A stretch of DNA of 64,000 nt from Patescibacteria group bacterium (GTDB lineage: Bacteria; Patescibacteriota; Patescibacteriia; UBA1558; UBA10009), in assembly GCA_041662565.1 (NCBI GenBank), contig JBAZSE010000001.1, positions 193,084 through 257,083 on the forward strand. Reading direction: 5' to 3'. Both the position numbers and the translations under genes were made by a program. The notes under the pieces are model-generated. The model saw only the letters and a list, made by a program, of their open reading frames with translations. It was not told the DNA's origin and did no database searches. Below are positions 26,151-36,826 of the stretch, one piece after another. How positions within the stretch are numbered: the stretch's first letter is position 1; each line of letters opens with the position of its first letter.

Positions 26151-26278
26151 GTGTTATCCGAAATCTTGACTAGTTACCTTTTTTATTAAATTAAGAAAGC
26201 AAATAATCAAATTATTAATTAATTTTCGAAATTCTGAATTCAATCGAAATTCAAAATTCGAAATTCATAATTCAACAT

Positions 26279-26704
26279 ATGCCTACAATTAATCAGTTGG
26301 TTAGACATTCCAGGAGCAAAAGCAAAAAAAAGTCCAAGACACCGGCTTTATTGCTTAGACAGAATACTTTAAGGAGAAACAAAAAAGAAGAAGCCAAGGG
26401 CTCGCCTTTTAAACGCGGTGTTTGCGTTAAAGTAACCACCACCACTCCTAAAAAACCAAACTCGGCTTTGCGTAAAATTGCCCGTGTCCGCCTTTCAAAC
26501 GGCATGGAAGTTACCGCTTATATTCCGGGTATTGGGCACAATTTGCAGGAACACTCTATCGTGATGATCCGCGGCGGTAGGGTAAAAGATTTACCTGGTG
26601 TTCGTTATCATATTGTTAGAGGCCGTTATGATTCCCGCGGTGTTGAAGGTAGAAAACAAGGTCGTTCATTATACGGAGCTAAGAAAGAAAAAGCTAAGAA
26701 ATAA
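26279..26704 (+). CDS. rpsL: 30S ribosomal protein S12
   Basis: [30 protein letters not shown]. Confidence 0.99.
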   Translation: MPTINQLVRHSRSKSKKKSKTPALLLRQNTLRRNKKEEAKGSPFKRGVCVKVTTTTPKKPNSALRKIARVRLSNGMEVTAYIPGIGHNLQEHSIVMIRGGRVKDLPGVRYHIVRGRYDSRGVEGRKQGRSLYGAKKEKAKK

Positions 26705-26716
26705 TCTATATAATAT

Positions 26717-27181
26717 ATGAGAGGAAAACAAGCACCAAAAAGAAAAATCGCCCCGGAATCAAGATTCAGGAGCGTTAAGATAGCCAAGTTTATTAATTAC
26801 ATCATGCGTGACGGCAAAAAATCCACCGCCCAAAGGGTTGTTTATCAGGCCTTTGATATTGTGGCCGAAGTAACCAAAACGGATCCTTTGCAAATTTTTG
26901 AAGAGGCCTTAAAGCATGTTTCGCCATCCGTGGAAGTAAAAGGTAAAAGAATCGGTGGCGCTAACTATCAGATTCCTATGGTGGTAGCCGGCGATCGCAA
27001 ACTTTCTTTGGCTTTCCGTTGGCTGATTACTGCCGCCCAAAAGAGAAAAGGCAAACCAATGTCCGAAAAGTTAGCCGGTGAACTTATGTCTGCTGCTAAA
27101 GGTGAAGGTGAAGCAGTTAAAAAGAGAGAAGACACCTATCGCATGGCCGAAGCCAACAAGGCCTTTGCCCATTTTGCATAA
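26717..27181 (+). CDS. rpsG: 30S ribosomal protein S7
   Basis: RIGGANYQIP, MAEANKAFAHF. Confidence 0.98.
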   Translation: MRGKQAPKRKIAPESRFRSVKIAKFINYIMRDGKKSTAQRVVYQAFDIVAEVTKTDPLQIFEEALKHVSPSVEVKGKRIGGANYQIPMVVAGDRKLSLAFRWLITAAQKRKGKPMSEKLAGELMSAAKGEGEAVKKREDTYRMAEANKAFAHFA

Positions 27182-27185
27182 GATT

Positions 27186-27336
27186 GCTCCCGAGGCTAAA
27201 AAAATTTTTCGTCCTCGGCTCCCTCCTTCGTCTCGCCGCACTCTCGCTTCGGCCAGTTAAACTGGCCTTCGCTCGGTACGGCTCGCTCGGGGGACCCGCC
27301 TCGGACAGAGAAAAATTTTACTTACCCTCGCTCGCT
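27186..27336. repeat. GC-rich MITE/REP-like structured insert between rpsG and fusA
   Basis: aaaatttttc/gaaaaatttt and cgagg/cctcg terminal pairings; ggccagtt/aactggcc hairpin; repeated ctcgc. Confidence 0.55.
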
Positions 27337-27372
27337 TGATTATAAATAAAACTCATTAAAAATAAACTTACT

Positions 27373-29454
27373 ATGGCTCGTAAATATCCATTGGAAAAAT
27401 ATCGCAACATTGGCATTATTGCCCACATTGACGCCGGCAAAACCACCGTTTCCGAACGTATTTTGTTTTACACCGGCAAAAAACATAAAATTGGCGAGGT
27501 GCACGAAGGCGCCGCCGAAATGGACTGGATGGAACAAGAAAAAGAGCGCGGCATTACTATTACTTCAGCCGCTACTACCTGTTTTTGGCAGGATTGCCAA
27601 ATTAACATTATTGATACTCCGGGCCATATTGATTTTACCGTTGAAGTCCAACGCTCTTTAAGGGTGTTGGACGGCGGTGTGGTGGTATTTGACGGCGTGG
27701 CCGGCGTGGAACCACAATCCGAAACAGTTTGGCATCAGGCCGAAAAATTTAAAGTTCCTCGTATTTGTTTTATCAATAAAATGGACCGCATGGGCGCGGA
27801 TTTTTATAAAGATGTGGCCTCCATTCACAATCGCTTAACCAAAGCGGCTTATCCCGTGCAATTGCCAATCGGCGCTGCCGAAACATTTAAAGGCATTGTG
27901 GATTTACTTGGACGTAAGGCCTATTATTACCGCGATGATTTAGGTAAGGATGTGGAAGAAACCGAAGTGCCGGAAGATATGAAAGAGTTGGTGGAAAAAT
28001 ACCGCGAACAGTTGTTTGAGGCCGTGGCTTCAACCGACGAGGTTTTGATGAATAAATTTTTGGAAGGCCAGGAAATTTCCATTGCCGAATTTAAAAAGGC
28101 CGCCAGGCAAGCGGTTATTACCAATCAATTAGTTTTGATTTTTTGCGGCAGTGCTTTAAAAAACAAAGGCGTTCAGTTTTTGTTGGACGCGGTTTGTGAT
28201 TATCTGCCTTCACCCTTGGATATTCCACCCTTGGAATGTTACGAGCCGGGCGATAAAGAGCATAAAATTATTCGCAAGCCCGAAGATACCGAACCGTTTA
28301 CGGCCTTGGCTTTTAAAATTGCCACCGACCCTTACGTGGGTAAATTATGCTTTTTTAGGGTATACGCCGGAACATTAAAAGCCGGTTCCTATATATACAA
28401 TACTTCAACCGGTGAAAAAGAAAGAGTTGGCCGTATTTTAATCATGCACGCCAATCACCGCGAAGAAGTGGACGAAGTTAACTCGGGCGATATTGCCGCC
28501 TTGATCGGCTTAAAGGCCACCTATACCGGCAATACTTTATGTGATGAAGATCATCAGGTTGTTTTGGAATCCATTACTTTCCCCGAGCCGGTTATTTCCA
28601 TTGCCATTGAGCCCAAAACCAAACAAGACCAGGAAAAAATGGGCAATGCCATGCAGAAACTTATGGAAGAAGATCCAACTTTCCGCGTTAAAACCGATGA
28701 AGAAACTTTGCAAACCATTATTTCCGGCATGGGTGAACTTCATTTGGATATTATTGTTGATAGAATGAAGCGTGAATTTAAAGTTGAATGCAATGTGGGT
28801 AAGCCCCAGGTTGCTTATCGCGAAACAATTAGAGGCGAAGCCGAAGCCGAAGGTAAATACATTAGGCAGTCGGGCGGACGCGGACAATACGGCCATTGTT
28901 GGATTAAGATTGAACCTCAAGAAAGAGGCAAGGGCTTTGAATTCGTGGATCAGATTAAAGGCGGTAGCATTCCCAAGGAATTTATCGCTCCGATCCAAAA
29001 AGGTATTAAAGAGGCCTCTGATAACGGCGTGTTGGCCGGTTACCCATTTGTTGATTTTAGAGCCACGGTGTTTGATGGTTCTTACCACGATGTTGACTCT
29101 TCCGAAGCGGCCTTTAAAATTGCCGGTTCTATGGCTTTTCAATCAGCCGCCCGTAAAGCCGGTTTGGTTTTGCTGGAGCCGATGATGAAAATTGAAATTG
29201 TGACTCCGGAAGAATTTATGGGCGATGTGATTGGCGATCTTAGCTCCAAGCGAGGCCAAATCAATGAAATGACCGAGCGCTCTCAAATGAAAGTCATTGA
29301 CGGTTCCGTACCGTTGGCTTCAATGTTTGGCTATGCCACTTCGCTTAGATCCTTAACTCAAGGTAGGGCTTCGTACTCCATGGAATTTGACCATTACGCC
29401 GAAGTGCCTAAAAACGTGGAAGCGGAAATCGTGGAAGCCAGAGGCAAAAAATAA
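27373..29454 (+). CDS. fusA: Elongation factor G
   Basis: [42 protein letters not shown]. Confidence 0.99.
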   Translation: MARKYPLEKYRNIGIIAHIDAGKTTVSERILFYTGKKHKIGEVHEGAAEMDWMEQEKERGITITSAATTCFWQDCQINIIDTPGHIDFTVEVQRSLRVLDGGVVVFDGVAGVEPQSETVWHQAEKFKVPRICFINKMDRMGADFYKDVASIHNRLTKAAYPVQLPIGAAETFKGIVDLLGRKAYYYRDDLGKDVEETEVPEDMKELVEKYREQLFEAVASTDEVLMNKFLEGQEISIAEFKKAARQAVITNQLVLIFCGSALKNKGVQFLLDAVCDYLPSPLDIPPLECYEPGDKEHKIIRKPEDTEPFTALAFKIATDPYVGKLCFFRVYAGTLKAGSYIYNTSTGEKERVGRILIMHANHREEVDEVNSGDIAALIGLKATYTGNTLCDEDHQVVLESITFPEPVISIAIEPKTKQDQEKMGNAMQKLMEEDPTFRVKTDEETLQTIISGMGELHLDIIVDRMKREFKVECNVGKPQVAYRETIRGEAEAEGKYIRQSGGRGQYGHCWIKIEPQERGKGFEFVDQIKGGSIPKEFIAPIQKGIKEASDNGVLAGYPFVDFRATVFDGSYHDVDSSEAAFKIAGSMAFQSAARKAGLVLLEPMMKIEIVTPEEFMGDVIGDLSSKRGQINEMTERSQMKVIDGSVPLASMFGYATSLRSLTQGRASYSMEFDHYAEVPKNVEAEIVEARGKK

Positions 29455-29482
29455 TAGATAAAGATAACAAATTGAATTTTAG

Positions 29483-29520
29483 CAGGCCGATGCCTTAAGG
29501 CATCGGCCTGTTTGTTTTTT
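29483..29520 (+). terminator. Terminator after fusA
   Basis: caggccgatgccttaaggcatcggcctg palindrome plus T run. Confidence 0.85.
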
Positions 29521-29547
29521 ATAATGTTTGTGTTATAATATCATTCT

Positions 29548-29940
29548 ATGATAATCCAAAAACATCTGTACTTGATCTCTTTGTTGTTTTTGTTTTCGGT
29601 TATTTTAATGCCTTTGTCATTATCCAACTGTGGCCTTCAGGGTTTTTATATTGCTTTGGGTTGCCCCACACTGCACGCCAATTCGTGCGGAGGTATGAAT
29701 TTGGATCATTTCGGTTTTATGCTGGGCATGCTGACTTTTGGGCTGGCGGCCATTTTTTACTTTTTTTGCCCGCAAATTTTAAGGAAAAAACTTTTTTCTT
29801 TAATAGATTTGATTAAAAAACAATTTTTTATTCAAGCTAAATTTTTTGCCAATCAAGGTAATTTAATCGGCAATCTTAAGCCGTTTGATAATTTATTATT
29901 AGCTTATTCAAGCGGCATAATTCAACCAAAAACTTTTTAA
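29548..29940 (+). CDS. Small membrane protein with a Cys/His/Met cluster heading the Dsb/copper cluster
   Basis: Signal/TM segment, C-x10-C-x3-H-x3-C-x2-M-x3-H, second TM; promoter -10 just upstream of ATG. Confidence 0.6.
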   Translation: MIIQKHLYLISLLFLFSVILMPLSLSNCGLQGFYIALGCPTLHANSCGGMNLDHFGFMLGMLTFGLAAIFYFFCPQILRKKLFSLIDLIKKQFFIQAKFFANQGNLIGNLKPFDNLLLAYSSGIIQPKTF

Positions 29941-30017
29941 ATAAAATTTTCAGGTTTCTTTATCCGCCAAAGCCCTAAGCAAAGGCGGAAATCATTAATC
30001 TTTAATTTTGAACCATT

Positions 30018-30773
30018 ATGTTTGATGAAAAAAAAGACGGCATTTTTGCCAATCAGAATCCCAAAACAACCTTTATCTTTGGTTTAATCGGCGGATTGTT
30101 GGTTGTTTGCACCATTGGTTTTTTTATTTTATTGGCTAATGTTTTAGCCAATAATGATGATAGTGAAAAAGCTCCGGTGGCAAAAGGCAATGCGGTAGTT
30201 AACGATCCCTCTAACAACGCGCCGGTGGCTCCAACCGTAGGCGGAAAAGTGGAAATTAAACTTTCGGGCACCGAATATATCAGAGGCAATAAAAATGCCA
30301 AAGTTAAAATCGTAGAATTTTCCGATTATCAATGTCCTTTCTGTTCCAGATTCCATCCTACTATGCAACAGGTTATGGCCGATTACGGCGATAAAGTTGC
30401 TTGGATTTACAAGCATTTTCCTTTGGATTCTCTCCATCCTAATGCCCGTCCGGCTGCCGAAGCCAGTGAATGCGTTGGCGAACAAAAAGGCAATGACGGT
30501 TTTTGGCAGTTTACCGATGGCCTTTACGGCGAACAAGATAAAATAGGGCCCGATTTTTTTAAAGAATTGGCTCAAAAGATCGGGGTTAATATGTCTGAAT
30601 TCAACAATTGCGTTTCTTCCCGTAAATATCAGCAAAAGGTAGAAGCCGATTATCAAGAGGGCTTATCTTACGGTGTAGATGGTACTCCCGGAAGTTTTGT
30701 TAACGGCGTGCCGGTTAAAGGCGCTTTGCCTTACGCTTCCGTTAAACAGATTATCGATTCTGAACTTAATTAA
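30018..30773 (+). CDS. DsbA-family thiol-disulfide oxidoreductase
   Basis: FSDYQCPFC, HFPL, GTP cis-Pro loop, N-terminal TM. Confidence 0.92.
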   Translation: MFDEKKDGIFANQNPKTTFIFGLIGGLLVVCTIGFFILLANVLANNDDSEKAPVAKGNAVVNDPSNNAPVAPTVGGKVEIKLSGTEYIRGNKNAKVKIVEFSDYQCPFCSRFHPTMQQVMADYGDKVAWIYKHFPLDSLHPNARPAAEASECVGEQKGNDGFWQFTDGLYGEQDKIGPDFFKELAQKIGVNMSEFNNCVSSRKYQQKVEADYQEGLSYGVDGTPGSFVNGVPVKGALPYASVKQIIDSELN

Positions 30774-30804
30774 ACAACCAAACAAATATAAATTGGATTA
30801 ATTT

Positions 30805-30886
30805 TCGAGCTATGTCGAGCTATTTTGAGCTAAGTCGAGCTAAGCTCGATAAGCTCGATAAGCTCGATAAGCTCGATAAACTCGAT
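30805..30886. repeat. Head-to-head tandem arrays: 4x 10-bp TCGAGCTAnn, then 5x 9-bp AAGCTCGAT
   Basis: Read directly from the sequence; the TCGAGCT and AGCTCGA cores are reverse complements. Confidence 0.85.
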
Positions 30887-30923
30887 TTGGTTCAGTTATT
30901 TTTGTTGTGGTTAAACGATCATT

Positions 30924-32300
30924 ATGCTTAATCAAGAAAATAATCTTTATCAATGTAAAATTTCCGGCATGCACTGCGAGGCCTGTGAAATTTTATTGGA
31001 ACGAAAATTAAAAGAAGCATCGGGCGTTATTTCGGTTAAGGTAAACCATGCCAATGGCAAAGCCAAATTAATTTGCACTTCTGAGCCCGATTGGAAAAAT
31101 CTACAAGCCATTGTGAAGCATGAGGGCTACGATTTAACTTATTCGACTGATGGTCAGGCAAAGCAGGCAAATAATCTTGAAAAAGTTAATCATTGGCAGA
31201 TTGCCGGATTTTTTCTGGTGGTAATTGTTGGGCTTTGGCTGTTAAATAAACTGCAATTATTGCCGGAAGGTTTTGGGGTAAGTAATAACATGAGTTACGG
31301 GTTAATTTTTGGCATTGGTTTGGTAGCGGCCGTTTCCAGTTGTTTGGCAGTCACCGGCGGTTTACTATTGGCATTAGCTGCCAAAGAACAAACGCTTAGG
31401 CCAAACTTAACCGGCTGGCGCAAATTTAGGCCCTATTGGCATTTTAATTTAGGTCGGCTGGTTGGCTATACTGTTTTTGGTGGTTTAATTGGCGCGTTAG
31501 GTTCGGGCTTAAGTTTATCGGTCAGTGTTAGCAATTTAGTTACAATTATCGCCAGCATAGTGATGATTTTATTGGGCTTTAATTTGCTACAGCTTTTTCC
31601 ACAATTAAGGGTTTTGCATCCCAGGATGCCAAAATTTTTAGGCCATAAAATCCATGACTTGGTTCAGCAAGAAAATTCGGTTGGACCGTTTATTTTAGGC
31701 GGTTTGACTTTTTTCCTGCCCTGCGGTTTTACCGTTGCTTTGCAGTTGTATGTTTTATCCCAAGGCGGAATTTTAACCGGTGCCTTAACCATGCTGGTTT
31801 TTGCGCTTGGAACTTTGCCGGCTTTGCTTTTTATCAGCATTTTATCCAGTTTTATCAAAACTTCTTGGCGAAATTATTTTATAAAGTTTGCAGGAGTTTT
31901 GGTGGTGGTTATCGGTTTGCTGGGTTTAAAAAGCGGTTTGGCTTTTTTAAGGGGCACTCAAACGGGATCTGTTAAACAAGGGGTTTCAAGCCAAAATTCC
32001 AGTAGTGTTTATTTGCCTTTGGTTGATGGTAAGCAAATTGCTCAAATGGAAATTAACGGTTTGGGTTATTATCCTTCAATCTTTAAAGTTAAAGCGGGTA
32101 TTCCGGTGGAATGGCAGATTGATGGCACCAAGGCCTCGGGTTGCGCCCAAGTAGTTGTTTCGCGCGGGCTTGGTATTCAGGAAATCATTCCACGAACAGG
32201 TATTAAAACCATTACTTTTACCCCAACTCAAACAGGCAAGATAGCTTTTAGTTGCCCCATGGGTATGACAACTCCGGGCTCGGCTTTTATTGTTGAATAA
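30924..32300 (+). CDS. HMA + DsbD_2/TauE-like membrane domain + cupredoxin-like protein
   Basis: GMHCEAC; SSCLAVTGG; FNLGRLVGY; FLPCG; C-terminal FSCPMGM. Confidence 0.85.
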   Translation: MLNQENNLYQCKISGMHCEACEILLERKLKEASGVISVKVNHANGKAKLICTSEPDWKNLQAIVKHEGYDLTYSTDGQAKQANNLEKVNHWQIAGFFLVVIVGLWLLNKLQLLPEGFGVSNNMSYGLIFGIGLVAAVSSCLAVTGGLLLALAAKEQTLRPNLTGWRKFRPYWHFNLGRLVGYTVFGGLIGALGSGLSLSVSVSNLVTIIASIVMILLGFNLLQLFPQLRVLHPRMPKFLGHKIHDLVQQENSVGPFILGGLTFFLPCGFTVALQLYVLSQGGILTGALTMLVFALGTLPALLFISILSSFIKTSWRNYFIKFAGVLVVVIGLLGLKSGLAFLRGTQTGSVKQGVSSQNSSSVYLPLVDGKQIAQMEINGLGYYPSIFKVKAGIPVEWQIDGTKASGCAQVVVSRGLGIQEIIPRTGIKTITFTPTQTGKIAFSCPMGMTTPGSAFIVE

Positions 32301-32312
32301 TATTGAACATTA

Positions 32313-32435
32313 GGGGCAGGCAGAATTAAATTATTTTTTCGCTCGCATAACTCGCTTGCCCGACTACGCCTTCGGCTTGTCGGTCTTAGCTCAAACAGAT
32401 CCTCGCTTCAAAAATAATTTAATTCTGCCTGCCCC
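32313..32435. mobile_element. MITE-like element with 26-bp perfect terminal inverted repeats
   Basis: ggggcaggcagaattaaattattttt (32313-32338) / aaaaataatttaattctgcctgcccc (32410-32435). Confidence 0.7.
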
Positions 32436-32460
32436 CACACTGATATTAATAATTTATTAT

Positions 32461-34635
32461 ATGAAAGAAATAAATTTTAACATAGCCGGCATGCATTGTG
32501 CTTCGTGTTCTACTCGCAATGAAACCAGCTTAAAAAAATTGAGGGGCGTTAAAGAGGCCGTTGTTAATTATGCTTTGGGTACGGCTAGGGTAAACTACGA
32601 TGAACAGTCGGTTTCGGTTAAGGCCATGCATCAGGCAGTAGAAGCCAACGGTTACAAAGTGGTTGATCAAACAGGCGAGGGCCATATGCATCATGATAAT
32701 TCCGTTCAAGAATTACAGCAGGCAAAAAATAAAGCCCTACTTGCTTTAGGCTTGGCTTTACCGGCTTTAATTATGGCCATGTTTAAAATTAATTTTCCTC
32801 TGGAATTTTGGGGATTTAATTTAAGCGTTTGGCTGCAAGCCGGCTTAAGTTTAGCGATTATTTTGGGCTTGGGTTTTGAATTTCATGTTGGCATGCTTAA
32901 GCAACTTAGGCATTTTACCGCTAACATGGATAGTTTGATTTCTATTGGCACGCTTGCTGCCTTGGTTTACAGTTTTTGGGCTATGACAAACGGTTTAGAG
33001 GATTTTTACTTTGAAACCGGCGCGGTGATTACGGCTTTAATTTTGCTAGGTAAATATTTTGAAGCCCGCAGTCGTGGCCAAGCCAGCCAAGCCATTAGTA
33101 AATTAATGCAATTGGGCGCCAAAGAAGCCACAATTTTAATCAACAATCAGCAAAAGCTTGTGCCTATTGATCAGGTTAAAACAGGGGATCGTTTACTGGT
33201 TAAACCGGGTGAAAAAATTCCGGTTGACGGCAGGGTGGTTAAAGGCAAAAGTAATGTTGATGAAGCCATGTTAACCGGAGAAAGTTTGCCGGTTGGTAAA
33301 AAAATCGATGATGAAGTTTTTGGCGCGACCGTAAATATTGACGGTTCATTAGAAATTATCGCCACTAAAGTTGGGGCCGAAACCGTTTTGGCACAAATTG
33401 TTAAATTAGTGGCCGACGCGCAAAATACCAAAGCCCCAATTCAAAAATTAGCCGATAAAATTTCGGGAATTTTTGTGCCGATTGTTATGTTGCTGGCCAC
33501 TATTACGGCGCTGGCTTGGTATTTTTTTACCGGCGATTTAACCAGTGGGTTGATTTCGGCTGTGGCGGTTTTAGTTATTGCTTGCCCTTGCGCGCTGGGC
33601 TTGGCCACGCCAACAGCCATTATGGTGGGTACTGGTTTAGGCGCCAAAAGGGGAATACTTATTAAAAACGGCCAATCATTGGAAAGGGCGGAAAAAATAG
33701 ATGTGATGATCTTTGATAAAACCGGCACGTTAACCCAAGGCAAGCCAAAAGTTACTGATATTATTAATTTGTCCGAAAAATTATCTTTGGATGAAGTGTT
33801 GGCTTTAGCTGCCGGAGCAGAAATTTTATCCGAACATCCTTTGGCCAGGGCCGTGGTTCAAGCGGCTTTGGATAAAAAATTGGTTTTGCCGGAAGTTGAT
33901 GATTTTGAAAATTTAGCCGGCCAAGGAGTTAAGGCCAAAATTAAAAACAGTTTGTTGCTGGTGGGCAGTTTGCGCTTGCTGGAGCAGTTAAATATTCCCA
34001 CTAAGCAATTAGAACAAAAATTAAATCAATTAGCCAATGAAGCCAAAACGGTAATTGTTGTAGCTTACGAAAATCAAGCTGTTGGCTTATTGGCAATTGC
34101 CGATACAATTAAAGCGGAAGCCGTTCAAGCCATTATTCAATTAAAACAATTGGGCGTTAAAACCATCATGATTACCGGTGATAATAGGCAAACCGCCCAA
34201 GCTATTGCCAGCCAATTAAATATAACCGAGGTGTTGGCGGAAATTTTGCCTCAAGGCAAAGCCAGCGAGGTTAAAAAATTACAAAGCCAGGGTTTTAAAG
34301 TGGCTTTTGTAGGCGATGGCATTAATGACGCGCCTGCCTTGGCCCAAGCGGATTTGGGTTTGGCTATGGGAACGGGAACAGATATTGCTATGGAAGCCGG
34401 CAACATTGTTTTGGTTAAAGGCAATCCGGTTAAAGCAGTGGAGTCGCTTAAACTGGCTCAAGCCACTTTGCGGGCGATTAAGCAAAATTTATTTTGGGCT
34501 TTCTTTTATAATGTTGTGGCTTTGCCTTTAGCGGCTTTTGGCTTACTTAATCCTATGATAGCCGCCGCAGCCATGTCATTCAGTTCCGTTTCGGTAGTTC
34601 TTAATTCTTTACGTCTCAAAAAGATTAAATTATAA
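32461..34635 (+). CDS. copA: Cu(I)-translocating P1B-type ATPase
   Basis: [47 protein letters not shown]; ATG 32461 lies after the MITE. Confidence 0.93.
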   Translation: MKEINFNIAGMHCASCSTRNETSLKKLRGVKEAVVNYALGTARVNYDEQSVSVKAMHQAVEANGYKVVDQTGEGHMHHDNSVQELQQAKNKALLALGLALPALIMAMFKINFPLEFWGFNLSVWLQAGLSLAIILGLGFEFHVGMLKQLRHFTANMDSLISIGTLAALVYSFWAMTNGLEDFYFETGAVITALILLGKYFEARSRGQASQAISKLMQLGAKEATILINNQQKLVPIDQVKTGDRLLVKPGEKIPVDGRVVKGKSNVDEAMLTGESLPVGKKIDDEVFGATVNIDGSLEIIATKVGAETVLAQIVKLVADAQNTKAPIQKLADKISGIFVPIVMLLATITALAWYFFTGDLTSGLISAVAVLVIACPCALGLATPTAIMVGTGLGAKRGILIKNGQSLERAEKIDVMIFDKTGTLTQGKPKVTDIINLSEKLSLDEVLALAAGAEILSEHPLARAVVQAALDKKLVLPEVDDFENLAGQGVKAKIKNSLLLVGSLRLLEQLNIPTKQLEQKLNQLANEAKTVIVVAYENQAVGLLAIADTIKAEAVQAIIQLKQLGVKTIMITGDNRQTAQAIASQLNITEVLAEILPQGKASEVKKLQSQGFKVAFVGDGINDAPALAQADLGLAMGTGTDIAMEAGNIVLVKGNPVKAVESLKLAQATLRAIKQNLFWAFFYNVVALPLAAFGLLNPMIAAAAMSFSSVSVVLNSLRLKKIKL

Positions 34636-34639
34636 ACAT

Positions 34640-35206
34640 ATGGATATATTTATCTATTACTTTAAGGAATTTCTTAATTATTTAACGTTAATTGGAACGG
34701 GGATTGCGGTGATATTATTACTGAATATAATTTATCTAAAAGCGACATCCAAAAGTTCTAATTGGCTGGCTCAATTGATTCAAAATAAGGCGCTGTTATG
34801 GGTATTTATTGTTTCTTTAATTGCCACTTTGGGTAGTTTGTTTTATTCCGAAATTGCCGGTTATCAGCCCTGCAAATTATGCTGGTTTCAGCGGATCTTT
34901 ATGTATCCCTTGCCTTTATTAATCTTAATGGCTCTGATTAGAAAAGAAATTTGGATTAAGCCCTATGCTTTAGCAATGTCGGTAATTGGGCAGGTAATCT
35001 CTTTGTACCATTATTTTTTGCAAGTTGGAACATTATACAATATTCCGGTTAATAGTTTGGCTCCTTGTTCGGATGTTGGTGTTAGTATTTCCTGCACTTC
35101 TTTTTCTTTTATCCGCTTTGGCTATATTACGATTCCCATGATGTCGTTTATCGCGTTTTCTTTAATAACCATTATTTTGCTGACAAAAACAGATAAGAGA
35201 AATTAA
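34640..35206 (+). CDS. Disulfide bond formation protein DsbB/BdbC family
   Basis: PCKLCWFQRIFMYP plus a second Cys pair. Confidence 0.88.
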   Translation: MDIFIYYFKEFLNYLTLIGTGIAVILLLNIIYLKATSKSSNWLAQLIQNKALLWVFIVSLIATLGSLFYSEIAGYQPCKLCWFQRIFMYPLPLLILMALIRKEIWIKPYALAMSVIGQVISLYHYFLQVGTLYNIPVNSLAPCSDVGVSISCTSFSFIRFGYITIPMMSFIAFSLITIILLTKTDKRN

Positions 35207-35289
35207 CAAAAGTTTGTACTTGAGTAATTGCGGATTCCGCGGATTTAAGGTCTGTGGAATCCGTTTTGAATTCGTGATATCATAAATAC

Positions 35290-36102
35290 ATGCTTATCAC
35301 CAAGGCCTCGGGCGAGCAGGTTCAATTCAGCCGCCCAAAATACGAAGAATCTTTGCGTAAGGTTGGCTTAACCGTGGCCGAAGCCAAAGAAATTTCCGCC
35401 CAAATTTATCAGGATTTGTATCCTTCTATTAATTCAGCAGAAATTTATTCTAAAACCCAAATTGTTTTAAAGCAAAAAAACCGTATGTTTGCCGCCAAGT
35501 ATTCTCTTAAAAGAGCTATTATGAGCTTGGGGCCAACAGGTTTCTTTTTTGAACGCTATATGGCGGCGGTGTTAAGCGCTTACGGTTATCAAACCAAGTA
35601 CAATCAATTTTTGCGAGGCAAATGCGTGGAGCACGAAGTTGATATTGTGGCCGAACGATCAGGCAAAAAATACATGATTGAATGCAAGTATCATAACCAG
35701 CCCGGCGTTAAATCGGATGTTAAAGTGGCTTTATATATTTACGCGCGTTTTTTGGATTTGCGTGAGGCGCAAAAATTTGATGAGCCGGTGTTGATTACCA
35801 ATACATTATGCACTACCGAGGCCATTAAGTACGCCCGTTGTTCGGGCTTAAAAATTATTGGTTGGCATTATCCTTTGGGCAACCAAAGTTTGGAGCATTA
35901 TATTGAAGCCAAAAAACTTTATCCCGTTACCGTTTTAACTTCTTTAACCGCTTATTTAAACGCCGCTTTTAGAGAAGCCAACATAGTTTTAGCGAGCGAC
36001 TTGTTAAAATTTAGCGTTACGGCTTTAGCCAAGAGGTTTAAAATCAAAGAAACCTTGGCGCAAAAATTAATTTCTGAAGCAAAAGAACTAACGGAAGTTT
36101 AA
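35290..36102 (+). CDS. ATP-cone + Mrr-like PD-(D/E)xK restriction endonuclease domain protein
   Basis: MLITKASGE ATP-cone start; FE, HEVDIVA, IECKYH. Confidence 0.75.
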   Translation: MLITKASGEQVQFSRPKYEESLRKVGLTVAEAKEISAQIYQDLYPSINSAEIYSKTQIVLKQKNRMFAAKYSLKRAIMSLGPTGFFFERYMAAVLSAYGYQTKYNQFLRGKCVEHEVDIVAERSGKKYMIECKYHNQPGVKSDVKVALYIYARFLDLREAQKFDEPVLITNTLCTTEAIKYARCSGLKIIGWHYPLGNQSLEHYIEAKKLYPVTVLTSLTAYLNAAFREANIVLASDLLKFSVTALAKRFKIKETLAQKLISEAKELTEV

Positions 36103-36106
36103 AGTA

Positions 36107-36192
36107 TTGACATAAAAATCAAAAAGTTATAAGCTGGAAAAAATAATAAAACAGGGTCAAATGCCTTTATCAGGCCGGCCCTGTTTTATTTT
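36107..36192 (+). promoter_or_regulatory. Promoter plus AAACAGGGTCAA hairpin upstream of the NYN gene
   Basis: TTGACA-17-TAAGCT; aaacagggtc...ggccctgtttt stem. Confidence 0.6.
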
Positions 36193-36282
36193 GATTGAAA
36201 TTTCTATTTTTCAACAATCTTGCAATTAACCAAATCATTTGTCATTTAAAGATAAATAATGATTAATTAACATGTCAACTCT

Positions 36283-36774
36283 ATGGAAAATTTAAAGAAT
36301 AATTATGCCTTTATTGACAGTCAGAATTTAAATTTGGGCATAAGAAGCCAGGGATGGCTTTTGGATTTTAGTCGCTTTAGAGTTTATTTAAAAGATAAAT
36401 ATCATATTAGTAAGGCGTTTTTATTTATCGGCTATGTTGCCGGTAATGAAGTCAGATATGCTGATTTACAACAAGCCGGATATATTATTATTTTTAAACC
36501 CACCTTGGAACAAAAAATTGGTAACAAGGTGGTGGTTAAGGGTAATGTTGACGCTGATTTGGTTTTACATACCATGATTCAATATGGTAATTACAGCCAA
36601 GCCGTTATTGTTTCTGGCGATGGGGACTTTTATTGTTTAGTTGAATATTTAACAGAAAAAGAAAAATTATTGAAAATTATTGTACCTAATAAAAAATACT
36701 CCTCTTTATTAAGAAGATTTAGTTATTTTATTGTTAATATTAGTTTATTCCGGAGTAAACTTGAGAGAAAATAA
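36283..36774 (+). CDS. NYN/LabA-family (PIN-like) ribonuclease
   Basis: FIDSQNL, KGNVDADL, IVSGDGDF. Confidence 0.9.
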   Translation: MENLKNNYAFIDSQNLNLGIRSQGWLLDFSRFRVYLKDKYHISKAFLFIGYVAGNEVRYADLQQAGYIIIFKPTLEQKIGNKVVVKGNVDADLVLHTMIQYGNYSQAVIVSGDGDFYCLVEYLTEKEKLLKIIVPNKKYSSLLRRFSYFIVNISLFRSKLERK

Positions 36775-36826
36775 AAGAGAGGCATTCCCTCGGGACAAAA
36801 CCCTTTGGTAGTCCTCTCATCGTGAT
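36772..36826 (-). ncRNA. Candidate convergent small RNA after the NYN gene
   Basis: Minus-strand TTTACA-16-TAAAAT (TG-extended) at 36860..36833; GAGAGG...CCUCUC closing stem plus U tail. Confidence 0.5.

Noticed and set aside
30805-30886. Possible CRISPR array
   Set aside because: Units are 9-10 bp with no unique spacers, and there are no cas genes in the window.
32356-32460. N-terminal extension of CopA
   Set aside because: It is translated MITE sequence; the HMA domain starts at ATG 32461.
36781-36826. Hammerhead ribozyme (GGGACAAAACCC resembles GGACGAAAC)
   Set aside because: No CUGANGA core in the required position on either strand.
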